From Octopus vulgaris (taxonomy: Eukaryota), in the NCBI GenBank assembly GCA_951406725.2, contig OX597826.1, positions 744,001 to 808,000 of the forward strand: a stretch of DNA of 64,000 bases, in the 5' to 3' direction. The notes under the pieces were generated by a model that had not been told where the DNA came from, searched no databases, and saw only the letters and a program-made list of their open reading frames with translations. The translations under genes and the position numbers were made by a program. Of the stretch, positions 50,570-64,000 are shown in pieces. The first letter of the stretch is position 1, and every line of letters starts with the position of its first letter.

Positions 50570-50940
50570 TCAGAAAACCTTGTTTCCCTGGGCAGGGATT
50601 CACTGAAGCTCCGGCGTCTGGCGACGGACTTGGTAAACACCCACAAAGTTATCAACCACCTCACCAACAACAACACTGAACACCTTTTTGATCTCCATGT
50701 GTCTAACACGCGTGGACATGCCTACAAAGTCAGAAAGCAACACAGCTCCCATGACTTTCGGAAACATTTTTTCACGCTCAGAGTTGCTGAAGCATGGAAT
50801 AAACTGCCTGCGTCAGTTGTTGACTGCCATGACACTGCATCCTTTAAGGCCCTCATGCCTTCCGAAATCCGCCGAAACTACACCTGATTATATATAAACT
50901 TTAGATGAGTTAGTTGTAGTGCACCTGAGCACTGTACACA

Positions 50941-51015
<75 letters not shown>
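50570..51015 (+). mobile_element. CR1-clade LINE 3' end with (ATT)n tail
   Basis: NTRGHAYK...FRKHFFTLRV..AWNKLPASVV. Confidence 0.85.
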
Positions 51016-51017
<2 letters not shown>

Positions 51018-51196
51018 AACAGATACAGTAACAGATTGAATGAAGGATGCAAAATTATGCGGGGAAAATATTAAAGTAAATATTTTATTAACTTATCTGA
51101 AAGCTGTCAGTCAAGGACGCGACTAAAGCGTAACACACGTCTCCTTTGATAGACAATTCGAGAAGAACGACAGCGCAAACCAGATGCAAAAACGAA

Positions 51197-51244
<48 letters not shown>

Positions 51245-51799
51245 GTTTGTGTGCGTGAATAGATGTAGTGTATGTGTGCGAATGTATGCATATATATATA
51301 TATGTGCATACACACACATGTATGTATATGTATATATATACAGTTATATACATGTATACATGCATATATACATGTATATAGATAAAAAGATATATAGATT
51401 GATTAAAAGATAAATAGGTCCTTAAAAAACTATTTAAAAGCTGGAGTTGAGGAGAAATTGTCCAACTTCTTTAAACTATTATAATAGAAAATATTATTTT
51501 TGACATCAGTGGGGATAAATACCAAAACTCATGCTTGAAATATCTTGACGATATCGCCAAATCTCTTACGAAAACAAGCAATAACACGTATTGCACAAAG
51601 GATATCTGTACATGGCAGCTGAATAAAGAGAAGATAGCGGTAAAGCGGCTTGTAATGAAATTATTAGACAGGAGCCATGATGTACAACGACAACAGCGTA
51701 GGAAAATTCTGTGCCGTAAAATCGAACATTTAGCGGTTATCATAAGATATTGGATAAATGATAAACTGATTTCAATTTTGATATATCTTCATACACTCA

Positions 51800-52186
51800 T
51801 TTTACTCTTTTACTTGTTTCAGTCATTTGACTGTGGGCATGGTGGAGCACCACCTTTAGTCGAGCAAATCGACCCCATGACTTATTCTTTGTAAGCCTAG
51901 TATTTATTCTATTGGTCTCTTTTGCCGAACCGCTAAGTTACGGGGGCGTAAACACACCAGCATCGGTTGTCAAGCGATGTTGGAGGAACAAACACAGACA
52001 CAGAAACATATACACACACATGCATATATATATAGGACGGGATTCTTTCAGTTTCCGTCTACCAAATCCACTCACAAGGCTTTGGTCGGCCCGAGGCTAT
52101 AGTAGAAGACACTTGCCCAAAGTGCCACGCAGTGGAACCATGTGGTTCGTAAGCAAGCTACTTGCCACACAGCCACTCCTGCGCCT
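51800..52186 (-). mobile_element. tRNA-derived SINE (family B), full length
   Basis: Reverse complement of 29862-30252. Confidence 0.85.
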
Positions 52187-52384
52187 ACATATATATATAT
52201 ATATATGCAAAGGTACATGAAGCTCAGTTACAACTACAGCCGGCTATTACCAGTAAAGGTCTTAGTTGCCAATTTTGTACAAGACATTGTAGATCTTTAG
52301 CTGGGCTAAAAGTCACATTCGATCACAGCACCAGTAACAGTTAAGCTTCGTGCAATGGCCATACTCGATAACGAGGGGGCAGCC

Positions 52385-52415
<31 letters not shown>

Positions 52416-52425
52416 TGTATGTATG

Positions 52426-52454
<29 letters not shown>

Positions 52455-52457
<3 letters not shown>

Positions 52458-55270
52458 ACTTAGATAAACTTAGATATGTTTCGACCAAAGATTGGTCCAG
52501 GCCATGTCTAACTTAATAGCACCACCTGATAGGATTATCTAAATCCTGTTTAAGTCAAGTTTTGTTTATGGTCCATTCAAGTAGTGAGTTTTTATTGGGT
52601 GGGTTGTATCCAATTATGGGTGGCTTATCTGGTATTCCTTGAAGGAATCTATCCAGACTTCGTTTAAAGTTGATGGGATCCTTTTTCTCTTTGATCTCTT
52701 TCGGGACAATGTTAAATAGGGCAGGGCCTGTTGAGGAAAAGAAATTATGTTGCAGTGTACATGTATGCTGTGATCTTGAATTGGGCAGGGGACGTATGAC
52801 CCGTGGTCCCAGTCTTGGATGAACCTTGAGGCTAATGTTCAGGTCGTTTGGGCAAAGTTGGCGGTATATTCTCCACATCGTACAAATGATGTACCGCTCA
52901 CGGCGACGCTGGAGAGAGTAGAGCTTCAAGGCTTTAAGGCGGTCCCAATAATCGAGAGCAGCCATGCCTTCAATTCGTTTAGTGAGTGCCCTCTGGGGTG
53001 GTTCAATCCTCGAGATATCTTGTCTTGTATGGGAAGACAACAGTGGGCAGCAGTATTCGAGGTGTGGCCGTACCAAAGAGGAGAAAAGTGGTATGATGAC
53101 ACCTTGTTCTCTGGACCGGAAAGTTCTTAAGATCCAGGAACTCATCCTACGAGCTATATCGACCTTCTTGTTGATGTGTGCACTCCAACTGAGATCGTCA
53201 TCAACAATTACACCCAGGTCTCTGATATTGTTAGAGGCTGTGAGCGGTTCCCCTGAAGGAAGAGAGTATGACTGTTTTAGTGAGGAATTTCTTCCAAAAT
53301 CCATCAGCTCAAATTTTCCCTCGTTCAGTTACATTTTGTTTCTGTCTGCCCATTGACTCACAGCATATAGATGAGACTGGAGTTGAGTTCGGTCTGCTTC
53401 TTCATTGACGATTTGCGGGAGCTTAGTGTCATCAGCAAATATTTTCACTTTGTAGTAATGTACGACACTGGAAAGGTCGTTTATGTAAATTATAAAGAGT
53501 AGCGGGTCCAAGACAGTCCCCTGGGGGACACCGCTGGTGACTTTTGCTGGGCTTGAGTGGACTCCATCAACTACAACATGTTGTGTTCTATTCGCTAGGA
53601 AATACTTAATCCAGTGTAGAAGTTTTCCACGGATTCCAACATTTGCCAATTTTGAGAGTAGGATATTATGGTCAACCCTGTCGAACGCTTTACTGAAGTC
53701 AAGATATATGACATCAGAGTTCGAACATGTTCCCAAGGCTTTGAGTATATCTTCAATGTGGTGTAAGAGCTGTGTTAGACAGTCCCTGCCACAGCGAAAG
53801 TCGTGCTAATTTGCATTTAGGAGTTTGTGGGTCTCCAGGAAGTCAGCTATCCTTGATCTTAACACTCTTTCAAACACTTTAATGATGTGGGAGGTGAGTG
53901 AGATTGGGCGATAGTTGACTGCGAGGAATCTGTTTCCCTGTTTGAAAACCGGGATGACAGACTGGGATAGAAGCTGTTTCGGTATATAACCTGAGTCTAA
54001 CGAATTTCTCCAGAGGTTGGTCAGAGGGACGGCAAGTTGGTGTCTACATTCCTTCAGGACACTAGCGGGGAATCTATCAGGGCCTACAGCAGAATAGTAT
54101 TTGACCTCATTTATTGCTGCTATGATGTCAGAGGCAGTGAAGGTTATGTCTAAGATTTTTCATTGGGAATCAACTTCGTTCGCTTCTCTTACGTCAATAT
54201 CAGTGGGAACACTAAAGACAGAGCAGTATTGTTTCTGCAGTATTTCTGCCATTTCTTTAGCATCGTGTTGGGGAATGCCGTTATCATCAATCAATGGCCC
54301 AATGGGTGAGACAGTGGTTCTATGCTTATTTGCATAAGAACAGAACACTTTTGGGTTCTGTTTGATGTTTTTAATTACCCACTGTTCCTCCACAGCTCTT
54401 TGATTTTCAATGGAGGTTTTCATGTCGGTCTGCAGATGAAGTTTTTCCAACTCTTGTTTTTCATTGTTGTTGAATGTGGATGTTGTATGTGGGAATATTT
54501 TAATTGGTTGATTTTTTTATTGAGTCTTTTGATGCGCCTGATGAGTGTTTTTTTTTCTTTTTAGGGAGCCGGTTTCTGTTTGTGTTAGTAGATTTCGTAG
54601 GAGGGGTTTAGAGCATGTATAGGTGACAATGTTCTCAAAGTGCTGCCATGCGGTCTCAATTTGGATGGAATTGAGAGTAAAAGACCAGTCGATGAAAGAT
54701 AGATCCTTTCTGATTGCTCCCCAGTCCGCTTTGTGGAAGTTTATGTTGTCAAATGAGTGCCAGGAAGTGGGATTGGCTGGTTTGGTTTTTATATGTCGGG
54801 AATTAAAATTGCAGAGTACCATGTCGTGGTCTGAGAGGAGAGTTTTTTCAGCTGAAATACTGTGAACGAAGCTAGAGTGGTTGGTTAATATTAGATCCAA
54901 GATCTTTTTATTCTGTCTTGTTGGTTCGAGCACTAGCTGAGTCAGGAAGAATTTATCCATTAGATTTAAAGAGTAATTCTGCTGCTGCTTTATCTGATGT
55001 AGAGCATTTGCCTAACTTCAGAGTATTTGTGGGCCAGTTTATATGAGGGAGGTTAAAATCACCCATCACTAGTATGTTTCCGGAGTTGTATTTTTGAAGG
55101 AAGGACTTGATTTTGTTAAGGCACTTCAAAGCACTTTAGAGGCGCTTGGGGAGGCCTCTAAAGACCAACAATGATTATGTCTTTGGCCTTGTTGAACAGT
55201 GATACATATCCACAATAGCCATTGGAAAATATCTCCTTGGCATCAAGTGAAAAGGAGTCATGGATAAAGA
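52455..55270 (-). mobile_element. CR1-clade LINE (APE endonuclease + RT), frameshifted, (ACAT)n at 3' end
   Basis: VMGDFNLP (about 55060), LDLILTN, NYRPISLTS (about 53900), YLDFSKAFD, SGVPQG, FADD and LVRPHLEYC. Confidence 0.92.
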
Positions 55271-55390
55271 TGGCTGTCTCTCCTTTATTTCGGTCTGTGC
55301 GATCTGTATGTATGTATGTATGTATGTATGTATGTATGTATGTATGTATGTATATATATATATATATATTGACTCTCTAATACACAAAAC

Positions 55391-55622
55391 AGGCGGCGAG
55401 CTGGCAGAAACGTTAGCACGCCGGGCGAAATGTGTAGCTGTATTTCGCCTGCCGTTACGTTCTGAGTTCAAATTCCGCCGAGGTCGACTTTGCCTTTCAT
55501 CCTTTCGGGGTCGATAAATTAAATACCAGTTACGCACTGGGGTTGATGTAATCGATTTAATCCGTTTGTCTGTCCTTGTTTGTTCCCTCTGTGTTTAGCC
55601 CCTTGTGGGTAGTAAAGAAATA
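55391..55622 (+). mobile_element. tRNA-derived SINE (family A, Meta-like core), full length; other copies at about 12700, 41250, 42055, 45030-45400, 48020, 50040, 55625 and 58180
   Basis: ggcggcgagctggcag...gagttcaaattcc (B box)...gcctttcatcctttcggggtcgataaa. Confidence 0.85.
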
Positions 55623-56291
55623 GGCATTTCGTTGGTCTGTACATTCTGATGTCCAAATGCCGTCGAGGTCGTCTTTACCTTTCATCCTTTCGTTGTCGAT
55701 AAAATAAGTACAATGTGCACTGGGATCGATGCAATTGACTTAACCCCGAAATTGCTAGCCATGTACTAAAATTTGAAACCAATATACCAAACGCTTATTT
55801 TGAACTGGAATATATTGAGAGCCAATTAAAGCCAGAGAGCATAACAACATCACCAACAAGACTGGCATCATCATCATCGTCATCATCATCAATCCTGGAC
55901 ATTACTGTACCGAGTCCAAGAGATCATAGGTCCGGTTACCCGTTTCCTTGGTGTATATGTATCCGAAATCACAACATGTACCTTGAAAAGGATGCCCGTC
56001 TGTTGAATGGTTACCCCTTTACAGCTGTATGAACTGGAGCAACGTGAAATGAAGTGCTTTGCTCAAGAACACGACGCGCAGCTCGGTCCAGGAATCGAAA
56101 TCGTGATTGCAATACCCTAATCATTTGACACCATGTACTTTCACTAGAGCCTGGCAACGTGAGTAAGAATAACCTCCCTTGTCGAAACTAACTGCATGAA
56201 TGATCCGCTATTAATTATAGGTTTGCCTCCGGCTTACATGATATGTACAAGCCGCTGTACAGCTATTTTCTGCAAGTTAAATATATATATA

Positions 56292-56599
56292 TGAGACCCC
56301 CTTCGGTCATGAATGACCATGGAATTGCATCTAGAAAGTTACCCTTCCAGGCACAAGGCCAGCAGTCGCCCATGCATGCCAGCCTCCCCTCTCCACACCA
56401 CTGATGTTATCCAAGGGAAAGGCAAAGGGGCCGATACAGCTTGGCACCTGTGACGTCAGAATTCTTTTCTACAGCTGAGTTAACGTGAAATAAAGTGTCT
56501 TGCCCAAGAACACAACACGCAGCCCAGTCCGGGAATCGAACTCACAACTTCACGATCGTAAGCTCGACGCTCTAACCACTGATCCATGCGCCTTCACAC
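56292..56599 (-). mobile_element. tRNA-derived SINE (family D); related heads at 12880, 50190 and 56040
   Basis: Reverse complement gtgaaggcgcatggatcagtggttagagcg...gagttcgattcccgg. Confidence 0.75.
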
Positions 56600-56610
56600 A
56601 TACACAGGAT

Positions 56611-56665
<55 letters not shown>

Positions 56666-57429
56666 TTAGAGAGACTTAGTAATTTTAATATTTATATTAT
56701 ATATATATATATCAGAATTGAGATCAATTTATCATTTATCTAATATCTTATGATAACCACTAAAAGTTCGATTTTACGGTACAGAATTTTCATACGTTTT
56801 TTTTTTCGTTGTACATCGTGGCTCCCGTCTAATAATAACATTAGAAGCCGCTTTATAGCTCTCTTCTGGAAGTTAAGTAATGCTCAACCACATATATATC
56901 ATGCACGGTCACACCCATTCACACGCTCACATAGGATGAATAATTTGAAATTGTAAAAATATTAATAAAAAAAAAGTAATTTGAAAAAAAGTAATTTTCA
57001 TTATGAAATATAATTGATTTATGACTTTTGACTGAGAAAACCCATAAATATCTGCGATTATAATTCAAGTTTTTAGTCTTTGAACCCCTGCAACCGTTTT
57101 AAGACTATAAATGGCATCCATGAACACACATGTCGTCTGAAAACGTAGCACAAGGCCGAATAGAGGTGGGAGGAGGCGATGAAATCGAGGAGGTAAGGGA
57201 GTATATTTTTTTAAGGCACATAGTGAATATGTGCAGATGCATAGATCCTGAAATCTCGAAGAAAATAAGGGCAGGATGAAAGGCGCTTCACTCAATAAAG
57301 GGTCTTTGAAAGCAAAGCTAGATAAATCCATACGTCTTAGCTTCCTTCTTATGCGCAAGTGAGATGTGGGTTACTACGAAAAGGGAAAACAATCGATTGG
57401 TTACGATGCAAGGGGTCATGGGAAGATCC

Positions 57430-57730
57430 ATACTAGGAATATCATAACGAGAGCATATCCGAAATGAAATAATTCAAGGACGGACTGGAGCGAAAGATGT
57501 GATCGCAGAACACCAAATGCGCAAGTTCCGCCGGACCGAGCATGTTGCAAGGTTCACAGACAATAAAGAGGCGGATCTGTGTAGCTGCTGAGTGATATCT
57601 AAAAGATCGGAAAAGGACATTCGAAACGCCTCCGCAACGATGGGGAGATGGTTCAGTAAAGTGATTTAAGTCAAGATGGAAAAGAAGGGGGGGGCAATCA
57701 AGAAAGAATTGGAAGTACATTGTGAACAGC
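57430..57730 (+). mobile_element. Old RTE LINE 3' remnant
   Basis: Degenerate EHIRNE.I...DVI...HVARFTDN. Confidence 0.55.
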
Positions 57731-57767
57731 GGTGTATAACAAAATCCGATAACCTGGTCGATGCATT

Positions 57768-57815
<48 letters not shown>

Positions 57816-59109
57816 CATACATACATACATACATACATACATACATACATACATACATACATACATACATACATACATACATACATACATGCACAGACAC
57901 ATAGACCGACATACGCACACGCGGAACATACACAGGCACATAAACGGACAGATAGGTGAAATTAACATGCAAGTGGCTGAGCACTCCACAGACGCAAGTT
58001 CCCATGGCAGCGTAGTTCTCATGGAGAGAGAATGTGGCACAGAACGTGATGGCTCGTCTAGCCCTTCGAAATACAGCTAAAGTGTCATGCTTAAGGACTC
58101 AATGTACCGCCGGGAATCGAACTTTCGACCTTATGATCATGAGCCGAATACTCTAACCACTAAGCCATACGCCAAGAAGTCGGCGAGCTGGCAGAGTCGT
58201 TAGCACGCCGGGCGAAATGCTTAGCGGTATTTCGTCTGCCGTTAGGTTCTGAGTTCAAATTCCGCCGAAGTCGACTTTGTCTTTCATCCTTTAGGGGGTC
58301 GATTAAATAAGTATCAGTTACGCACTGGGGTCGATATAAGGCATGGCTGTATATTTAGAAGCTTGCTTCCCAACCACATGGCTTTCGGTTCAGTTCTACT
58401 GTATGTCACCTTGGGCCGATTAAAACCTTGTGAGTGGATTTCGTAGACGAAAACACTGAAAACAATTCCATTGTAAACATGTATACATGGGGAGGTGGTT
58501 TCCTCTTTTTATCTATCCTCCCACCACTTGACAACCGGTGTTGGTTTTTTTGCGCCCCCGTAACTTAGCAGTTCGGCAAAAGACACCGGTAGGCTAAATA
58601 CCAGACTTTATAAAAATATAAGTTCTGTAATCGATTTTGTTCAACACCTTTGATGGCGGTGTCCCAGCATGGCCGCAGTCCAATATATGAAACAAGTAAA
58701 AAACAAAAGATGATAAAAGATTAACAAGGACTCCAGATATATATAACATAGTAAAAATAGCTCCTGAAATTATATATAGAACGCCGAGACAAGATATCTT
58801 CGTTAAATTCCAAAGTATCTTTTGTTGTGAACAGCGCCAATGATTCCTTGAATAGAACAAACGGCTCGATTCTTGGCCAATAATGTTTTTATCTAGAACA
58901 AGATAAAACTAAAATAGAAATTTATGCAGCACCAACAGAAAATTATTTATCTTTTATCTTTTACTTGGTTCAGTCATTGGACTGCAGCCAACAGAAACTC
59001 TGCTTCGGTGAGATTTAATCGAACAAATAGACCCTTTATCCAGTTTTTAAGTTTAGTACTGATTCTATTGGTCTTTTATGTTGAAGTGCTAAGTTACGGT
59101 GTTGGGGAA

Positions 59110-59490
59110 TCAATTCTCTTTTGTATATGGACGACTCCAAAGTGTATGCAGCTTTTGATGCGCAACTAGAAACACTGCTTCAGACACTACACAGATTTAC
59201 TGGAGCAATTGGTGTGAAATTAAGATTAGAATAATGTGCGAAGGTAAGTTAATTAAGAACGCTGTTAATATCATGCTAGATAAAAAAAAACAGAGGCAAG
59301 AGAATTAGACCAAACGTAGACTTACAAATATTTTGGAATCAATGAATTAGACAGATTGTTACACATGCCGATGAAATAAAAAAAAAAGAAAGAAATAGGA
59401 ACGAATATTATACTCACTTTAGATTAATACTTAAAACAGACCGGAAGGCAATAAGTTACGAGAGTGTACATTAATACCCTCGCTATTTCA
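59110..59490 (+). mobile_element. Old R4/Dong-type RT remnant
   Basis: tatatggacgac..gtgtatgca...caactagaaacactg...gaattagaccaa...tacaaata, colinear with the reverse complement of 37560-37940. Confidence 0.65.
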
Positions 59491-60321
59491 GTCATCATCA
59501 TTATCCTCATCTGGTCGAGCTTGCTATTTCAGTAATGTGTTGTGTTGTGTTGTAATTATTGTAATTATAGTATTCTCAAATTAATACCAAAGTAATTAGC
59601 AAAATTAAACAGAAAAATAGAAAATTAATTACTTTACTTAGAATATATAACAAAACATCTGATGCAAAATGATTATATTCATCACGAATATAAAGAAAGT
59701 ATGTTAGAGCCTTACGCGAATAGAAAACTGATATGAATATGTACTGTATTATTACAAAAGCAACTAATAAAGAATTCATAGGAAAACTAATACAAAAGGT
59801 TATAAAACACGAGCAAAGTGTTAATCTGATTTTTTTTTTTTTTTTGCCGATGAATCCGGGAAATACAAAGCAAGGAGTGAAATGATAGAGAGTTGTGAGA
59901 TAAAAGAAGAAAGAGTTATTGTGAGATAAAAGGATAAAAGAAAACAGAAACAGTTGGAGGTGGGAAAGAATAAAACAGAAAGTAAGCTTCAAAAAAAATG
60001 CGATACGCAATGACATAATACCAAACTTATAACAAGAACTCATGTGTGGCCATTATCTAATGAAAAAAAGCCATTGAAAAGACAACGGTAGAGAGCGGGA
60101 GGAGGAGGACGACGACGACGACAACGACAATGGTGATGATGATGATGGTGATATTAACAGTACAAGTTCACAAAAGTGGGGTGTGACAGTTCATACAATT
60201 CGACTTTTGTAAGTTTAATTTATTGAAACCCTAGAAGGATGGAATGTAAGTCAATGAGGGTGAAATCTGAAAATAGAATGTGAAGGAATGTCTCTCGAAC
60301 ATTGAGCAATTATAAAAGTGC

Positions 60322-61188
60322 ATGGAGTACCCAAAAATAACCGGAAGCATTCTCTGTGGAACGAGCCCGTTGTAGTTCAGGCTTCTGCCGCTAGAAGTCA
60401 CTTGATGCGACCCTCAAGCATCAGTCTGCCGACTGGTGTCGTCCTGCGCGGCCATGCTGCAACGTGGTGCTTCTTTGTTTTGCAATGCTTCTCCCGTCTG
60501 TTCGTCGATTTTTGCGATGGCTGAAACGAAGAAACAACATGCTTCCATAGAATTCTGTTTTCTACTCGAGGAAACGGCATCCGAAAGTTTTCATGCTTCA
60601 AACAGCTTACCTGGGCAAAAACACAAGTTTACGAGTGATTTCCACGCTTTTAGAATAGCTCACTTGTCGCTTGAAGACCAAACTCGTTCAGAACGATCGT
60701 TAACCTTCTGAACGAATGAAAACATCACGGAAATTCATGAACTGATCTTGGAGAACAGTCGCCGAACAACTGACGAACTTGTTGATATGATTGGTGTGTC
60801 CTGGAGCTCCTGCCAACGAATTTTGAGCGAAGAATTGCGAATGAAAAGAGTTGCAGCAAAATTTGTGCCTCGCTTGCTCACGGAAGATCAAAAGTAGTCA
60901 CGACTGAACGCGTGTCGGGAATTGAAAGAACAGTTGGAAGTTGATCCGGACCTTTTTTCGAAAGTCATCACTAGTGCTATGGAATTTGCAGATGTGGAAG
61001 AGGTGAAGAAAAAATGAAGGAAGCGTTAAAAAGAAGAGTTCCAGCACTGCTTCCAACAGTAGAAAACGCGTCTGGACCGATGCATTACTTCAAATGGAGA
61101 ATACTTTGAAGGCGATCAAAGTATAAAGATGTAAAACCAAGAGGATTAGATAATACTGCAAAATTCCGGTTTCTTTTGGGTACCTCAT
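60322..61188 (+). mobile_element. Internally deleted mariner element with both TIRs
   Basis: TIRs atggagtacccaaaaataaccggaa / ttccggtttcttttgggtacctcat; residues IEFCF and MKRVAAKFVPRLLTEDQK...SKVIT. Confidence 0.85.
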
Positions 61189-62398
61189 TGCATTCAAGTT
61201 ACACGGAATGCGTTGCTGAGCGAACATGTAAATTTTATAAAGGGGACAAAATTCAGTGTCTAAAGTAAAAGCACTCTCGGAAAATGCAGCAGTTATATTT
61301 TCGAAATACATTTGGAAATAGAAAGACAAAGGAGGGATCACCAGAATTTCGTTGATTATGTTAAATAAAACACAGACGCTAAAACCGGACCTAAGTCCTA
61401 CAACATCTACCTCAGTGAGAAGCTCCTTATTATCAACTATCTTTAATCTTTAAAAAATGTGAACTTAATCTGTCTTGCCTACATATACCGAAATTCTTCC
61501 CTGAAAAATTTTTAATGGATTTCTTTCATTGTGTAACAGACAACAGTCGACGACATGTACAGTCGACCGACCAATGAAAGCGGTCCCAAATATTGCATGG
61601 GAATACACAGCTGAAACCCTCGAGTAAAGAGCTATGACAAATTTGGTAAAACATTTTTACTATCGGTCTAACTATCGGTCTACTGACCATTGCCAAAAAA
61701 TGATACTTTATTCGGTTACAGAAGGGTGAAAGTTTAACCCGTTGCCTGACATATTTCCCTAGTGCCCATGCATCATATTTGATACACATCCCCAACTTTT
61801 TTCATCCGCTAGAATATCTTGGGACTTGTGAATGGAAAGCGTTATAATTACATCGGCTAAGCTAGCTGGAAAGTCTGAAAACAAGAATGGACGTTTAGGG
61901 AAAAGTTTATGAAAATACTTTTGACAGGCAAAGAGTTGACCTCAGCGGGATTCGCACTTAGAATGTAAAGAAGCGAAATACATACATAATACATACATAT
62001 ATCATTTTTTAAATTAAAGGTTTCGGTTTAATTTCTTTCTAATAATTATACGTGAAGTGTTTAATTACCTTTGTAGATTTTATTTTGTTTTATTATTTAA
62101 AAACTACAAGATCTGTCCAGTGCTAATCTACTTTGACCAGGTTATTCATTAATTTTAATGGCTGTCTTTCAACATTTATTCATAACTATTTATTATATGA
62201 CGCAGCATTTTAAGAGTAATCGGTTGGTCATTGGTTTTACCTTGTGCTTTATGATTACCTCCCGTTGGCAACCGATTGGCCGCTGCTGATGCAGACACTC
62301 AGCTGCTGCATTCATTTAAATCAATTTCTGTTCTTTATTTACATTATTTTCATTATTTACATTCGACGGATATTTGTCCTCGTTTTCTTGTTGTTGAC

Positions 62399-62473
62399 GG
62401 ACATATAGCGTAGTGGTTAAGAGCGCAAACTACTTAGCCTAAGATTCCGAGTTCGATTCTAAGCAGTAACCTG
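62399..62473 (+). mobile_element. tRNA-like SINE head followed by a (CAA)(TAA)n tail
   Basis: tagcgtagtggttaagagcgc...gagttcgattct. Confidence 0.55.
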
Positions 62474-62488
62474 AACAACAACAACAAC

Positions 62489-62617
<129 letters not shown>

Positions 62618-62639
62618 CCTAATAATAATAATAATAAAC

Positions 62640-64000
62640 ATAAACCTAGCCGTCACTGAACTGATAGCCACTGAATCAAAAAAAAGTGATATCACTGAGC
62701 TAAATAACTTAATATACGCAGCAGCCACTGCAGCCACAAAAGAAGCTGGATACTCACCCAAACCCGCCCAAACAGGAGTACCACCCAAACAAACCCTGTG
62801 GATAAATAACATCCAAAGCAAAATAAAAAAAAATAGAAAAGACCTGTCGATTCTTAATGAAATCAGCAAACAATCAACGCTACTGAGCAACAAAAAGAGA
62901 ACAAAAATACTCCGCAAATATAACATCACAGAGAAAGATTTGCCTGAAATAAAAGAAAAGCTGAAGCAAGATATCCTTGCCAAAGCACAAAGGATCCGCC
63001 GGTACGAGAAACGCCAACGCTTCTTTGAACAAAACAAAAAGTTCAACTCCAACCCCAAAAAGTTCTACCAAGAACTGGGCAAAAATAAAATAGAAGTCAC
63101 TGCAGCACCAACGGCAGAAGAATTGGAAGAATTCTGGAGAGAAATATGGTCGGCGAACGAACCACCAAAAAAAAAAAGTATCAAAATAACAAACTCGGCA
63201 TCTGAACAACTTTGGACCCCCATAACAACTGAAGAGGTCACCCAGGCACTGCAAAGACTAAGCAACTGGAAGGCACCTGGGCATGACAAGATCCCCAACT
63301 TCTGGTTGAAATATCTAACAGGAATGCACAAAAAGCTGACTGAAAACTTTAACAACGTACTAGCAGAACCAGAGACAATGCCTGAATGGCTCACGAAGGG
63401 GAAAACCATCTTAATTCCCAAATCAAATGAAACAGAAAAACCAGAAAACTACAGACCAATAACCTGCCTCCCTACTATGTTCAAGGCATTTACTGCAGTG
63501 ATATCACAAAGGCTGAACAAGCACCTGGACGAAAACAAACTGTTCCCAGAAGAGCAGAAAGGATGCCGCAAAGGCTCATATGGCTGTAAAGATCAACTAA
63601 TGATTAATAAAGCCATAACTGAAGACAGCCACAGAAAGAAGAAAGGCCTCAGTATGGCCTGGATCGACTACAAAAAGGCATTTGATAGCATCCCCCACAC
63701 ATGGATCCTCGAAACACTAGCCATTAACAAAGTAGCACCAACAATTATAAAATTCATAGGGCACTCTATGAATAAATGGCAAACAGTGCTACAGCTACGA
63801 ACAAAAGAGGGACTCATGAAAACCAAAGACATCCCCATTAGAAGAGGAATATTCCAGGGAGACACGCTCTCTCCACTCCTTTTCTGCTTGGCACTGTCAC
63901 CTCTATCTGATATGCTAAATAGAACTGGATGCGGATATAAATGTTACGGCAAAACGATCAGCCACCTTTTATATATGGATGACCTAAAACTATACGCTGC
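62640..64000 (+). mobile_element. R4/Dong-type LINE, 5'-truncated at (TAA)n, runs off the window
   Basis: RIRRYEKR, NWKAPGHD, NYRPITCL, GIFQGD and YMDD; 63378-64000 is nearly identical to the reverse complement of 37905-38528. Confidence 0.92.

Noticed and set aside
62399-62473. tRNA gene calls here and at other SINE heads (41660, 50190, 56530)
   Set aside because: A and B boxes are present, but acceptor stems are incomplete and they run into SINE bodies or simple-repeat tails

Overview
This is eukaryotic, AT-rich, microsatellite-saturated DNA. It is most likely intergenic or intronic cephalopod (Octopus-like) sequence, inferred from the tRNA-derived SINE families and the repeat density. No host protein-coding gene can be called with confidence, and most ORF-track entries are translations of (TA)n, (CA)n, (TACA)n, (GAAA)n and (GTG)n repeats. 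The real coding content is transposon-derived. There are three Penelope-like elements (PLEs): one almost intact Neptune-type RT+GIY-YIG ORF at 7750-10077, a frameshifted Neptune-type copy and a decayed 'LYRDD'-type copy. There are also RTE, CR1 (two copies), L1/Tx1 and R4/Dong-type (three copies, two abutting TAA repeats) LINEs, a Gypsy LTR remnant, two mariner remnants, MITEs and many SINEs. The most interesting signal is a set of at least six hammerhead-ribozyme (HHR) motifs in PLE termini. All have palindromic stem III sequences. One family has a branched two-hairpin stem II supported by compensatory changes between copies. These termini repeatedly form outward-facing inverted repeats anchored in (TA)n tracts, and the first 7.5 kb also shows local templated duplications.
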